NCBI GenBank assembly: GCA_024280895.1
Contig: JAJRPI010000024.1
Location: forward strand, 14-64,013
DNA: 64,000 bases
Origin: Alphaproteobacteria bacterium
Lineage (GTDB): Bacteria > Pseudomonadota > Alphaproteobacteria > Rhizobiales > JAKIUO01
Direction: 5' to 3'
Below the pieces are notes generated by a model. It searched no databases. It saw only the letters and a list, made by a program, of their open reading frames with translations, and was not told the origin of the DNA. This document shows positions 6,930 to 21,900 of the stretch, one piece after another. Numbering within the stretch: the stretch's first letter is position 1; each line of letters begins with the position of its first letter. The translations under genes were made by a program, and so were the position numbers.

Positions 6930-9900
6930 ATGGCCGAAAATGACAGTCCCGCCAAGGTTGCCGATCAACCCGAAGCGCGATCACAAAAAATACCAGAAAC
7001 CGTGGTTTCAGCTCTGCAGGATGTTAAATCCGACGACGGGCGGCTGATTCATAAACCAGAAGCGGGTGCCACTGAAGTGGTGACCGTGCACGATGGTGAA
7101 AAGCTGCTGTTTGCTTTTCCCATGAGCGACGTTAAGGTCGGACTGGTTGATGTTGATCTGATTTTGAAATTTGCTGATGGTGCCAAGATCATATTGCTTG
7201 AATTTGGCTTGCAGGTGGTATCGGAAGTCGCCCCGGAGATGCTGTTTAACGGCGATCTGGTGAAGGCCCAGGAATTGATTGCCAAGCTTGGTGCTGTGAG
7301 CATTAGCGACGAAAAGTCCGAACTTAATTTTTCGACTGATAGCGCGAACGATGTAGCAGAAAAGTCAACCAGCAATGATAGCGAGACATCGGACGAGAGT
7401 GAAGATACTCCTGTCGTCGAAATCGTCGAAGTCGAAGCAACCGAGTTTTCGTCTCCTGATTCTTCAAATAGCTCAGGTCCATCAACGGGCGAGGGTATTG
7501 CAGAAGAAGAACGCGCGCGCATAGATGAAAATCTCGCGACCAGTGATGAAGCATTGACCCGGCGGGGCGACGATAGCGCCGCTTCTAGTTCGCTCCTAGA
7601 TAACAGCGCCACAAGCGATGGTGAATTCAATATACCTGTCGCCGCAATGGATGTCAGGCTTTTGGGGGTCGCCAAATCCAGTCAGATCTTACAGCCCAGC
7701 GGTGTGACAGAAATACGCGGCGGTGCTGCTGTTTTGCCAGCCGAGACCGATGATGATTTTAATGTCCAACGTGCCGTTGAGAATCTGTCTGGCACCTCAG
7801 GCGATGATATTATTTACGCCGATGATCCAGAAATTGCACCTCAGGGAATGTCCGTGCGCCGATTGGAGATCACGGTAGACCTGCCGATTGCGGGCTATAA
7901 TCCGATTAGCGTGCGCATATCGGGGGTTCAAGATGGCGCGACCATTCTGGGGGCAACGCCTGTATCGGGTGCTTTTGTTCTAGCGCCGTCGGCGGCTGAC
8001 CCAAATATCTTTTTTGTCGATTTGCAATATGTTTTACCGACCTCTACCACGCCAATCAATGGCAATGGATTTCAAGACGAGTTCACATTGTCCTTCGAGT
8101 TTGAAATCTATAATAGTAGCGCGCAAGAATTTTCCCAGGCAGTGGGTTCTGCCCAGTTCGGAGTGCGCCATGTCGATGTGGTTGCAGATACAGAAGTCGT
8201 CAATAGTAGCTCTGGGCAACAGGTCTATGTATTGGCCAGCAATCCTCCGGGCAATAATATTGATGCAGGAGATGGGGACGACAAGGTTTTTGCCGCCGCC
8301 GGCGTCGATACCATTGTTGGCGGCACTGGCGAGGATACGATCTCCTACGACATGTCCCATGAAGCGGTTTCTGTTGACCTCGAAACGCAGATTGTCTCTG
8401 GGGGCTATGCCGAGGGCGATACAATTTCAGGGTTCGAGAATGTTGAAGGGTCTGACTTCGACGATACATTATTGGGCACCTCTGGTGATAATGTGATCAC
8501 CGGCGGCGCCGGTGCTGACACGATTGATGGGCGTGGCGGTATCGATACGCTTGGTTATGAAACCTCCGATGAGGGCGTCAATGTTGATCTTGGCACAGGC
8601 ACAGGCACGGGCGGCGATGCCCAGGGTGATGTGATTGCCAATGTTGAAAATATCAAGGGTAGCAAGTTTGATGATATCTTAACCGGCGATGGCTTTGATA
8701 ATGAGCTTGATGGCGGTCTTGGTGATGATATCTTGAGCGGTGCGGCTGGTGCCGATACACTCATCGGCGGTGCGGGTGATGATCGCCTCGAAGGCGGTGC
8801 CGGAGCCGATCAACTAAGTGGTGGCGCTGGATCCGACACGGCAACTTATGCCAGTTCAGCCAGTGGCGTGGATGTTAATCTGAACCTTGGAACCGCAGCG
8901 GGGGGTGACGCTGCTGGTGATAGTTTGACCGATATCGAAAATCTTGCAGGGTCCTCGCATGATGATACGCTGACCGGCGATAGTGCGGATAATGTACTGT
9001 CTGGCAATGGTGGCGACGATGTTCTTGCAGGGCTTGGCGGCGCGGACGCTCTCGTGGGTGGTGCAGGATCCGATACGGCTGACTATAGTCTATCTGGTGC
9101 GGCGGTGACCGTTAATCTGTCTGATGGTACGAGCACGGGCGGCGATGCGCAGGGCGATAGCTTCACTGATATTGAAAATCTGCGAGGATCCGCCTTGGCT
9201 GACAGTCTGACAGGGGACGTTGGCGACAATGTTCTGGATGGCGGAGACGGGGATGATCTTCTTAAAGGGGGAGGGGGTGCCGATACCATTATTGGCGGCC
9301 TTGGGACCGACACTGTTGATTTTAGTGACAGCGATGATGGAGTCAATGTTGATTTGGTAACCGGCATTGGTAGCGGCGGAGATGCCGAGGGTGATAGCTA
9401 TGCCGGGCTTGAAAATATTACGGGTTCGCGTCAGGGCGATATATTGCGCGGCGCGGCTGGTTCCAATGTGTTGCTGGGTGGTCTTGGAGATGACGTTCTG
9501 GAAGGTGGTGCCGATGATGACCAGTTACTTGGTGGTGCCGGTTCCGACACGGTCAGTTACGCCCATTCGAGCGGCGCGGTAATAGTCGACCTTTCAACCA
9601 ATAGTGGCTCTGGAGCGGATGCCGCGGGCGATCATTTCGACAGCATTGAAAACCTGTTGGGGTCTGATTTTGATGATGAGTTGCGCGGCGATGGGCAAGA
9701 CAACAATCTGGATGGCGGTCTTGGTGACGATCGGCTGATTGGCGGGGCTGGCGCTGATGAATTGCGTGGCGGCGCTGGCATTGATACTGCTGACTACAGT
9801 GCTTCTGGCAATGGAGTAACGGTTGATCTGACGCTTAATTCAGGTATTGGCGGCGATGCCGAGGGTGACCGTTTTAGTGAAATTGAAAATGTCACCGGCT

Positions 9901-12900
9901 CTGATTATACCGACATGATTACTGGCGACGATGGTGACAATCAACTTGAAGGTGGCGATGGCGGCGACACTCTTATCGGCCATGACGGGGACGATATCCT
10001 GCGGGGAGAAGCTGGAGCAGACCGCCTTGATGGTGGAGCTGGTGCTGACCAATTGGACGGTGGTTCCGAAAATGACACACTTGATGGCGGCTTGGGTGAT
10101 GACGCGCTTGATGGCGGGACGGGCGCTGATGTTCTGATCGGTGGAGCTGGCGCAGATGATCTTGATGGCGGTACTGGTATTGACCGTATCGACTATCAAG
10201 GATCTGCAGGCGGCGTGACCATTGACCTTGCTGCCGGTACTGGTGTTGGCGGTGATGCTGATGGCGATACGATCAGCAATGTCGAGCAGGTGACGGGCTC
10301 ATTTCAAGACGATGATCTGCGCGGTGATGCCTTTGACAATACGTTTGGCGGATCGCAGGGTAACGACCGACTGGAGGGGCGTGCCGGCAACGATATTCTT
10401 GACGGTGGTCTTGGCGACGACCTGTTAGTTGGTGGGGCAGACGCCGACTTGCTGATTGGCGGTCTTGGTAATGATACCGCCGACTATACGGCCTCTGGCG
10501 CAGGTGTCACTGTCAATCTTGATACGGGTGCAGGTACGGGCGGCGATGCTGCGGGTGATGTGCTGATCGGCATCGAAAATGTCACGGGTTCCGCCTTTGA
10601 CGATACTTTAACGGGAGATGCGCAAAGCAATGACCTAACCGGTGGTGCTGGTGACGATATTCTTGTTGGCGGAGCCGGGGCGGATAAGCTGGATGGCGGC
10701 GCTGGCATTGATACGGTTGATTATAGCGCGTCGAGCGATGCTGTTACAGCTTATCTAGATGGCACTGGTGGCGTTGGCGGCGATGCGGCTGGTGACACCA
10801 TTAGCAATGTGGAGCGTCTTGTCGGCTCCGATCTGGGCGATCATCTCGAAGGCGATATCACAGATGATATTCTCGAAGGTGGCCTTGGGAATGATGAACT
10901 GATTGGTGGCGCTGGTGATGACACCCTTTTAGGCGGTGACGATGATGACACCCTGCGCGGTAGTAGCGGCGATGATGTGCTCGATGGGGGCAGCGGTGAT
11001 GATCTGCTGGAAGGCGGCGCTGGTGCTGATGATCTAAGTGGCGGCATTGGCCGCGATCGCGCGGACTATAGTGCCTCAATGGCGGGCGTTGATGTCGACC
11101 TTGTTGCGGGAGCTGGTATTGGCGGCGACGCGGCTGGTGATGTGCTAAGTGGCATTGAAGATCTTACCGGATCGCAATTCGCAGATACTCTGACCGGAGA
11201 TGCCAATGCCAACCTGTTGCAAGGGCTTGGCGGTGATGATGTTTTAATCGGTGGTGCTGGTGACGATACCCTGGAGGCAGGGACTGGCGATGATATTTTG
11301 GCGGGTGGCGTTGGCGCGGATAATCTCGCTGGTGGTGCGGGGAGCGATACCGCTGACTATAGTGCTTCAGCTGCTGGCGTCGGTGTGGACCTTGCTGCGG
11401 GCTCAGGCGTTGGCGGCGATGCCGATGGAGATACCTTGTCGGCAATCGAGAATGTCACAGGATCGGCATTTAATGATGAATTGCTCGGTGATCGCCGGGA
11501 CAATATTTTATCGGGCGGCGCGGGCGATGATGTGCTCGAAGGTGGCGATGGTGACGATACGCTAAGTGGTGGCCTTGGCGATGACAGCCTGGAAGGCGGC
11601 GCGGGTGCAGACAGTCTTGATGGCGGCGCTGGTACTGATAGTGCAGATTATGGTTTGTCAGCCAATGGGGTCACGGTTGACCTTGGTGCCGGTACGGGAA
11701 CGGGCGGTGATGCTGACGGCGATACTTTTATAGATATCGAAAATCTCGATGGCTCAAATTTTTCTGACACACTGATCGGTGACGGGAGTGCCAATGTGCT
11801 TAGCGGCGCAGGCGGCGACGATACGCTAAGCGGTGCAGCGGGTGATGACACCTTGCGCGGTGGGGCGGGCGACGATGTCTTGATCGGTGGAGCCGGGGCC
11901 GATGATTTGATTGGTGAAAGTGGCACGGATAAAGCTGATTACAGCGCCTCTGGTGCGGGCGTGACCATTGATCTTGCGGCTGGAACAGGTCTGGGTGGAG
12001 ACGCGCAAGGCGATACGTTAAGCGGTGTAGAAGATGTGCAAGGCACGGACTTTGCAGATCTGCTAACGGGCGATAGCCAAGATAATATGCTGTCAGGTGG
12101 CGCGGGCGATGATGTGCTGGCAGGGGCAGCTGGTGCGGATGATTTGCGCGGCGGGGCTGGTACGGATGAGGCCGATTATTCCGCCTCAGTGGCGGGAGTG
12201 AATGTTAACCTTGGTAGTGGCACGGGATCAGGTGGCGATGCCGCTGGCGATACGCTTGTTGGTATTGAAAACGTTCGGGGTTCGGATCAATCCGATACGC
12301 TCATCGGTGACGATAATGACAATGTCCTAAGTGGCGGCCTTGGTGATGATGCGCTGGCCGGTGGCCTTGGCGCCGATACCCTTAGCGGTGGCGGCGGCGT
12401 CGATCGTGCAGACTATAGCGCCTCCGATGCGGCAGTGACGGTGGATCTGTTCGCGGGAACTGGCGCTGGCGGTCATGCTCAGGGTGATAGTTTCAGCAGC
12501 ATCGAAAATATCACGGGGTCAAATTTTGCCGATACCATTACAGGCGATAATGCTGACAATTTGCTCGAAGGTGGCCTTGGCGATGATGTCATTTTGGGCG
12601 GCCTTGGCAATGATCATGTACTTGGCGGCGGCGGCAATGATGTATTGATCGGCGGTGCTGGTGCAGACGACCTGACGGGCGGCAGCGGTACCGATGAAGC
12701 TGATTATTCCGCCTCTGGGGCTGGCGTCACTGTTGACCTTGCGGCGGGCTCCGGGCTGGGCGGCGATGCGGCTGGTGACACTTTGCTTGAGATTGAGAAT
12801 GTCACGGGCACAGATTTTGCTGATATTTTGAGCGGTGATATTGCAGACAATGTGTTGGATGCGGGCACTGGCGCAGATACTCTTAGCGGTGGAGCTGGTG

Positions 12901-15900
12901 CCGATACGCTTTTGGGCGGGGCCGACACTGACAGCCTTGAAGGCGGCAGTGGTGCCGATGTTCTGGACGGTGGCACGGGCATTGATACGGCCGTCTATGG
13001 CGGTTCAGCTGCTGGCGTAATAGTTGATCTCGTGTCAGGGACCGGATCTGGCGGGGACGCTACTGGCGATACGCTAAGCAATATAGAAAATATTACTGGG
13101 TCAGAAAATGCCGACCGTCTTGCGGGCGATGCCTTTGTCAACGTGCTGACGGGTGCCAGCGGCGATGATGTGCTTATTGGCCGTGGGGGTGCTGATCAGC
13201 TAATCGGCGGAGGTGGTACGGATACGGCGAGCTATGAGGGCTCGGCAGCGGCCGTAACAGTGACGCTCGATGGATCACTGGGCGTGGGCGGTGATGCTCA
13301 GGGCGATAGCTATACCAGCATTGAAAATGTGATTGGCTCAAGCCATGACGATACGCTGACGGCAGCTGCAGCTGGCGGTAACCAGCTTGATGGGGCGGCG
13401 GGTGATGACCTGCTTGTTTCAGGCATCGGAGCTGATACATTGATCGGTGGCGCAGGGTTCGATACCGCGAACTATGCGGGGTCTGGTCAGGCCGTTGCGG
13501 TTAATTTGACGACCGGTACAGCGACCGGCGGCACCGCAGAAGGCGATCAGCTATCATCTCTTGAAGCCGTGATTGGTTCTGATTTTGACGATATTCTCGT
13601 TGGTAATAATACGCAAAATACGCTGGATGGCGGTATTGGCAATGATCGGATCGCTGGCCGTGGTGGTGCGGACACTCTGGACGGTGGCGCAGGCGTTGAC
13701 TTTGCCGATTATTCTGCGTCCTTGACCGGCGTCGATGTTAATCTGGGCACCGGGGTTGGCTCTGGCGGCGATGCGCAGGGCGATACATTAAGTAATTTTG
13801 AAAACATAATCGGTTCTGAAGTGGCCGATAGCCTTACGGGCGATGCGGGTGTCAATGCGCTGCTGGCCGGCGGCGGCAATGATGTGCTCGACGGTGGTGC
13901 CGGGGCGGATATTCTGAGTGGTGGTACCGGTAATGATACCGCTGATTACAGCGCTTCTTCAGCCGGGGTTACGGCCGATCTATTCACTGGTATTGGCAGT
14001 GGCGGTGATGCGGCAGGGGACACATTATCCTCGATTGAAAACCTTACTGGATCTGCATTTGATGACAGCTTGATTGGCGACGGCGTTGTTAACACCATGT
14101 TCAGTGGTGCGGGTAACGATTTGCTGCAAGGGGCCGGCGGCGGCGATATTCTTGATGGCGGTGCTGGCACAGACACGGCTGTTTATGCAGCCAGTTTTGC
14201 CGGTGTTGATGTTAATCTGGCAACTGGTGCTGGTGCTGGTGGCGATGCGCAGGGCGATACGCTCTCAAATATCGAAAATATTGTTGGCTCCCTGCATGAT
14301 GATATTTTGACCGGTGATACCGGTGCAAACCAGTTGGAAGGCGGCGTGGGGGATGATCGTCTGGCTGGCGGTCTTGGCGCTGATGTTCTTGATGGCGGCG
14401 CCGACAATGATATCGCTGATTACAGCTCTTCGGCTGGCGCTGTGACGGTTGATCTTTTGGCAGGCACAGCGACGGGCGGCGATGCGGCTGGTGACACGCT
14501 GATCAGCATTGAGGGCGTGGGCGGTTCTGCCAATGATGACGTGATTTCTGGGGATGCCAATGACAATGTGCTCGAAGGCGGCGCAGGCGATGACCAGTTG
14601 CTCGGGCGTGGCGGCGCCGATGTGCTTGATGGCGGCGCGGGCAATGATACCGCTCTTTACACAGGTTCAATAGATGGCGTCAGTGTCGATTTGATTACTG
14701 GCCTTGGTGTGGGCGGTGATGCCCAGGGAGACACGCTCAGCAATATTGAAAATCTTGCCGGTTCAGCTCAGGACGATACCTTGTCGGGCAATACTGGGGC
14801 CAATGTACTGGAAGGCGCTGATGGCCAGGATACACTGCTCGGGCGCGGTGGGGCTGATACCTTGCGCGGCGATGCTGGTGACGATCGCCTCGAAGGGGGT
14901 GCCGGTGCCGATGTGCTGATTGGCGGCACAGGCACAGACACGGCGGACTATGGATCATCGGGCAGCGGCGTGACCGTTGACCTTGCTGCCGGGACTGGCC
15001 TTGGCGGCGATGCCGCTGGCGATACCCTTGCGACCATTGAAAATATTGACGGGTCCCTCCATGACGACGTGCTGAGCGGAGACACAGGTACCAACAGGCT
15101 GTCAGGTAATGAGGGCGATGATCGTCTGATCGGCGGGGCTGGTGCCGATATTCTGGTGGGCGGCGCCGGTACTGATACTGCTGACTATCAGACCTCAGTT
15201 TTAGCGGTCGATGCCAATCTTGCGACAGGGGTTGGAACGAGTGGCGATGCGACAGGGGATACTTACGCAACTATTGAGAACCTTCGCGGCTCACTTCAAG
15301 ATGATGTTCTAACCGGCGATGTGAACGCCAATGTTCTTGAAGGCGGCGATGGAGATGATCGTCTGGTTGGAGGCGTTGGTGCCGATACATTGATTGGTGG
15401 CGCTGGCACGGATGAAGCAGATTATAGCACCTCTGGCGCGGCGGTGAGCGTTGATTTGACGACGGGAACGGGATCAGGCGGCGATGCTGCTGGTGACAGT
15501 TTGACGACCATTGAAAATGTCACGGGTTCGGCCAATAATGACACGCTGACCGGGGACGCCGGTGCAAACACTCTTGATGGTGGTGCGGGTGATGATGTGT
15601 TGGCGGGGCGCGGTGGTGCTGATACTCTGCTGGGCGGTAGTGGCACAGATGCTGTGGACTATAGCGCATCTGCGACAGCAGTTAGTGTGGATCTGTCAAC
15701 CGGTACTGGTACTGGCGGTGATGCGCAGGGCGATACATATACCGGTATTGAAGATGCCATTGGCTCAAGCAATAATGACACGCTTATCGGTGATGCGGGG
15801 GTTAATACTCTTCAAGGTGCTGGCGGGGCGGATGATCTGCGCGGCGGTGCAGAAGACGATACCCTGGAAGGCGGCGCAGGCACAGACCGGCTGGCTGGCG

Positions 15901-18900
15901 AGGCGGGTGCTGACAATATTGATGGCGGGGGCGGCATCGACACAGCGGACTATAGCGCCTCTGACGCAGCCGTTTCGGTCAATTTGGGCAGTGGTGCAAC
16001 CAGTGGCGGGCATGCCGCTGGCGATATTCTCACAAGCATTGAAAATATTGATGGTTCCGATTTTAATGATAATTTGGTCGGCGATCTGCTTGCCAACCAA
16101 CTTGATGGCGGCCTTGGCGATGATCAGCTGAGTGGCGGCGATGGCGCAGATATATTGATTGGTGGCTTTGGTGATGATGTGCTTGAAGGCGGCCTTGGCA
16201 GCGATGATCTGCAAGGCGGCACGGGGAACGATACCGCCGATTATAGCAACTCGGTTGCCAGCGTATCCATTGATCTTACTGCGGGCACCGGTACGGGCGG
16301 AGAAGCAGATGGCGACACGCTAAGCTCGATCGAAAATATCTCGGCTTCTGGACAAGATGATATTCTCATTGGTGACGCCAATGTCAATGTGCTGGAAGGC
16401 AATGGCGGCAATGATCGTCTGTCAGGTCTGGCAGGGGCCGATATTTTGGATGGCGGCACGGGTACTGATACGGCTGATTATTCGGCGTCGGGCGTGGCCG
16501 TTGATGTGAATCTTCTGGCCGGGACCGCGTCTGGTGGCGATGCCACCGGTGACACGCTGATCAGCATCGAAAACCTCGATGGCTCCGATCATGATGATGT
16601 TCTGGAGGGAGATGCGGCCACCAACAGGCTTGATGGCGGGCTTGGTGATGACCGGTTGATTGGCGGCGCGGGCGCCGATGTGCTGGTCGGTGGGGTTGGC
16701 ACTGATATTGCCGACTATAGCAGCGCTTCTGGCGCTGTGACCATTGACCTTGGTGCAGGCACCGGCATTGGTTCGCAGGCTCAAGGCGATACGCTTTTTG
16801 AAATCGAGAATGTTGAGGGTTCAAACTTTAACGATAATTTGCGAGGCGACGCCGGGGTCAATCTACTGATCGGTGGCGCTGGCAATGATAGTCTTGAAGG
16901 AGCTGCGGGCGCCGATATATTGCAAGGCGGCGATGGCAGCGATACGCTGGCTGGCGGCGCGGATGCCGATGATCTGCAAGGCGGCGCTGGCTCTGATACG
17001 GCTGACTATAGCGCGTCTGGCAGTGCGGTTGATGTGTCATTGGTGAGCAATACGGGATCTGGCGGCGATGCGGCTGGCGACACGCTCACGGACATCGAAA
17101 ATCTCACTGGTTCAGCTCTGGATGATACGCTGACCGGGGATGCTGGCGACAATGTTCTGACCGGTAATGCTGGCGATGACTTGTTGATTGGTGGCGCGGG
17201 TGCTGATGATCTAATTGGCGGCGATGATACCGATACGGCTGATTATAGCGGCTCGGCAGCTGGTGTACTGGTTGATTTAACACTTGGCACTGGTGCTGGC
17301 GGCGATGCCGCTGGCGATACGCTGGCGACCATTGAAAATGTGTTGGGATCGTCGTCGGCTGATACCCTCACAGGCGATACCTCATCCAATGTTTTGACCG
17401 GTAATGATGGCGACGATATTCTATCTGGCGCGGCAGGTCTTGATACACTGCTTGGCGGTGCCGGGGATGATGTGCTGATTGGCGGCACGGGGGCCGATGT
17501 GCTCACCGGTGGCACCGGTATTGATACTGCCGACTATAGCGCTGCGAGTGCTAGTGTGGCAGTGGATCTGGGTATTTCGGCGGGAACGGCTGGTGAGGCA
17601 GCGGGCGATAGTCTGACCGAAATCGAGAATTTGCGTGGCTCCAGCCACGGCGATACTCTTGCAGGCGATGGCCTTGTCAACCTGCTCGAAGGGCAGGCTG
17701 GCGATGATGCGCTTGATGGTGGCGCTGGCGATGATGTGCTTGATGGCGGTGCTGATGATGATATTCTAACGGGCGGCGCTGGCGCTGATGATCTGCAAGG
17801 CGGCACGGGTGATGATACGGCCAGCTATGCGGGTGCGGCATCGGCCGTCGATGTTTCACTGGCCTCCAACACGGGCACTGGATCAGATGCCCAAGGTGAT
17901 ACGCTCACTGATATTGAAAACCTTGAAGGCTCCGCCAATGATGACACGCTGACCGGCGATGGCGGCGCCAACACCCTTTCAGGCCTTGCAGGTGATGATT
18001 TGCTGATCGGTGGTGCGGGCGTTGATGACCTGCAGGGCGGCGCGGGCAATGACAGCCTGGTGGGCGGTGCGGGCGCAGATATTTTGTCAGGCGGCGCGGA
18101 TATCGACACGGCTGATTATAGCGCCTCTGGTAGCGCTGTTGTGGTTGATCTGGCGGCAGGCAGTGGCACTGGTGGCCATGCCCAGGGTGATACGCTTGAC
18201 ACCATCGAAAATGTAACGGGATCAGCCTTTGGCGATACGCTTGAAGGCGAGGTCGGTGTCAACGCGCTTGATGGCGGTGCCGGGGATGATGTGTTGCAGG
18301 GGCGCGGTGGCGCTGATGCGTTGGACGGCGGTGCTGGTTCCGATACAGCCTCATATGCAGGATCAGCTACAGCTGTCAATGTCGATCTTGGCACCAGCAC
18401 CTATACGGGTGGCGACGCGCTTGGCGATACACTCACAAATATAGAAAATATAACCGGCTCTGGAAATGACGACACCATAATCGGTGATGCGGCTGCCAAC
18501 ATTTTGTCTGGTGGGGCCGGGGCTGACGCCATCACTGGTGGCGCTGGCGATGACGACCTGCGCGGTGAGGCTGGAGATGACACGCTGATTGGTGGCATTG
18601 GTGCTGATGTACTGGATGGTGGTCTTAATTGGGATATTGCCGATTATTCGAGTGTCACTACGGCGGTGACTGTGGCGCTTGATGGCACTGCTGCTGCAGG
18701 CGGCGATGCTGCTGGCGATACGCTCTTTAATATCGAGCAAATCATTGCCACGAATTTCGATGATAATTTGATGGGTAATTCCGACAATAGCGCTGAGCGT
18801 TTTGATGGCGGCGCGGGCAATGATCTTCTTGAAGGGCGCGGCGGTGCGGATCAGTTCTTTGGCGGCGTCGGCATTGACACCGTGACTTATTCACTGGCGT

Positions 18901-21900
18901 TAAGCGGTGTCACCGTGGCGCTTGATGGTTCCGCTGGTGTAAATAGTGACGCCCAGGGCGATACCTTTGACAGTATCGAAAATCTCATTGGTTCTTCGTT
19001 TAATGATGTACTGACTTCAGGCGCTCTTGGGAATCAGCTTGAAGGTCGCTCAGGCGATGATGTGCTCACTGGCGGGGTCGGCATTGATCTGCTCTATGGC
19101 GGCGATAATGATGATGTGCTGGCGGGCCTTGTCGGTGCAGATGAATTGTATGGTGGCATTGGCACGGACAGAGCCGACTATAGCGCTTCTAACGCGGCAG
19201 TGACCGTCAACCTTTTGACGAATGTCAATCTGGGCGGCCATGCAGCTGGTGACACGCTTGATAGCGTCGAAGATGTGACCGGATCTACTTTTGATGACAG
19301 TCTTATTGGCGATAATGAAGACAATGAGCTGATCGGCGGGGCGGGTAATGACACATTGGTCGGCGGCCTTGGGGCAGATACTTTGACAGGTGGCGCTGAT
19401 ATTGACACCGCTGATTATAGCGCCTCAACGGCGGGTGTTAGCATAAATCTTGTCGCTGGCACGGGTGCTGGCGGGCATGCCCAGGGGGATGTGCTTGCCA
19501 CTATCGAGAATGTCATTGGTTCAAATGGTGCTGATAGTATTACCGGCGATGCCAATGCCAATATTCTGACCGGAGGGATTGGCGCCGACAGATTATTTGG
19601 TAATGAGGGCGATGACACCCTTGATGGTGGCGCTGGCAATGACATTTTAAGCGGCCATGAAGGAGATGACACCCTTGATGGTGGCGACCACGATGATAGC
19701 CTCTCTGGTGGTCTTGGCGCCGATACGCTCTCTGGCGGCACCGGCAATGATACGCTTGTTGGGGGGGCTGGTGGCGATGCGCTGGACGGCGGCGCGGGAT
19801 CGGATATCGCCTTTTATACGGGGTCGTCAGCGGCTGTGCAGATCAATCTTGGTGCCAATACGGCAACAGGTGGGGATGCTACAGGCGATACCTTGACAAA
19901 TATTGAGAGAGTGGCGGGGTCTCTTCACGACGATACGTTGACCGGCGATGCCAATGCCAATGCCCTATATGGTTACGATGGGGACGATGTGATTGACGGG
20001 GCTGGCGGGAATGACGTTATTTTTGGCGATCACTATGGCGCCAATAATAATCTTGGCAATGATACGCTGAGCGGCGGAGACGGGAATGATGCTCTTTATG
20101 GAGAGAATGGAGATGATGTTCTAAGCGGTGGTACTGGCGATGATGCTCTTTACGGGGGGGCTGGTAGCGATACTCTAACCGGTGGTGCTGGCGCAGATGT
20201 TATAAACGGTGCAACCGGCATTGATACGGCAGACTATTCAGCCTCAACTGCTGGAGTGAGCCTCAATCTGGACGGAGGAGTAAGTTCTGGCGGTGATGCG
20301 GCGGGTGACAGGATCACTTTTGTCGAGCACATCATTGGCTCCGATTTTGACGACACGGTGCAAGGCACACTGCTTGATACAAATGAGCATTTTGAAGGTG
20401 GGGCCGGGGACGACAGTTTCCAGGGGCGCGGCGGCAGCGATATACTCGATGGCGGCGCGGGGCTAGATACGGCCAGCTATATCTTGTCCAGCGCTGCGGT
20501 AACGGTCAACCTGAATGGCTTTGTTGGTATTGGTGGTGATGCGGCGGGCGACAGTTATATCAGCATCGAGCGGCTTATTGGCACCAACTTTGCAGATACG
20601 CTGACCGCCAACAATAGCGGCAATACGCTCATCGGCGGGGCCGGAAATGACGTGCTGACGGGTGGCTCCGGCGATGATACGCTTGAAGGTGGTGATGGCA
20701 CTGATGTGCTGATTGGTGGTCTTGGGGCTGACGCACTTGATGGCGGCATTGGTGGCGACCGCATTGATTATAGCGCATCAAACGCTGGCATTACCGTCAA
20801 TATGGTGTTGGGCACTGGTGTTGGCGGACATGCCGACGGCGATACGCTGACCAATCTCGAATATGTTACGGGGTCGGCGTTTGATGACCACTTCACAGGT
20901 TTCTATTCTGTCATCGCTGGCGATGGAAATGATATTATAATCGCGGATGCCGGAGCTGACATTTATGCGGGAGGCAGCGGCATCGATCTGGTCGATTATT
21001 CCGCGTCTGACGCAGCTATTCAGATCAATCTAACGACAAACCTGAATTCAGGCGGTTTTGCCCAAAATGATAATCTCTCCAGTATCGAACATATCATTGG
21101 CTCCGATTTCGGAGATACTTTGTTTGGTAGTGCTGGTAGCGATATTCTGGAAGGCGGATTGGGGAATGATCAATTCGTTGGCTATGACGGAGCCGATGCT
21201 TTTGATGGCGGCGATGGTTTTGATACGGTAACTTATGCAAACGCCGTTCACGTAACTGGCGTCAATGTGAATCTGTTGGCGGGGACCGCGACTGGCGGCT
21301 TTGCTCTTGGCGACACGTTTACAAGTATCGAGCGTGTCTATGGAACCTCCCATAATGACAGTTTTATCACATCCAATGTGGCATCGACAATATATGGCGG
21401 CGCGGGTGTTGATACATTCACGGGTGGTACTGGGGATGATACATTCTATGGGGAAGATGGTAATGATATCTTCAGTGGAGGTGATGGCAACGACTATATT
21501 GATGGTGGTCTCAATAATGATACGCTCGACGGGGGGGCTGGAGACGACACGCTGATCGGCAATGATGGCGACGATAGTTTCGTTGCCGGACTGGGAGCCG
21601 ATGACCATCAAGGTGGCAGTGGTATTGATATCGTAGACTATTCGGGATCAACAGCTGTCAATATCAATATGGTCACCAATATTGGTACGGGTGATTTTGC
21701 ACAAGGGGACACCTGGTCAGGCATCGAGAATATTATTGGCACCAGCGGTGCTGATACGATCATTGGCAATGATTTGGCCAATAATTTCCAAGGCGGCGCT
21801 GGTAATGACATTATTGAAGGCGGCATTGGCGGCGATACGCTGGATGGCGGTGCTGATATCGATACCTTGTCTTATGCCGGATCGCTATCGGGTGTAACTG

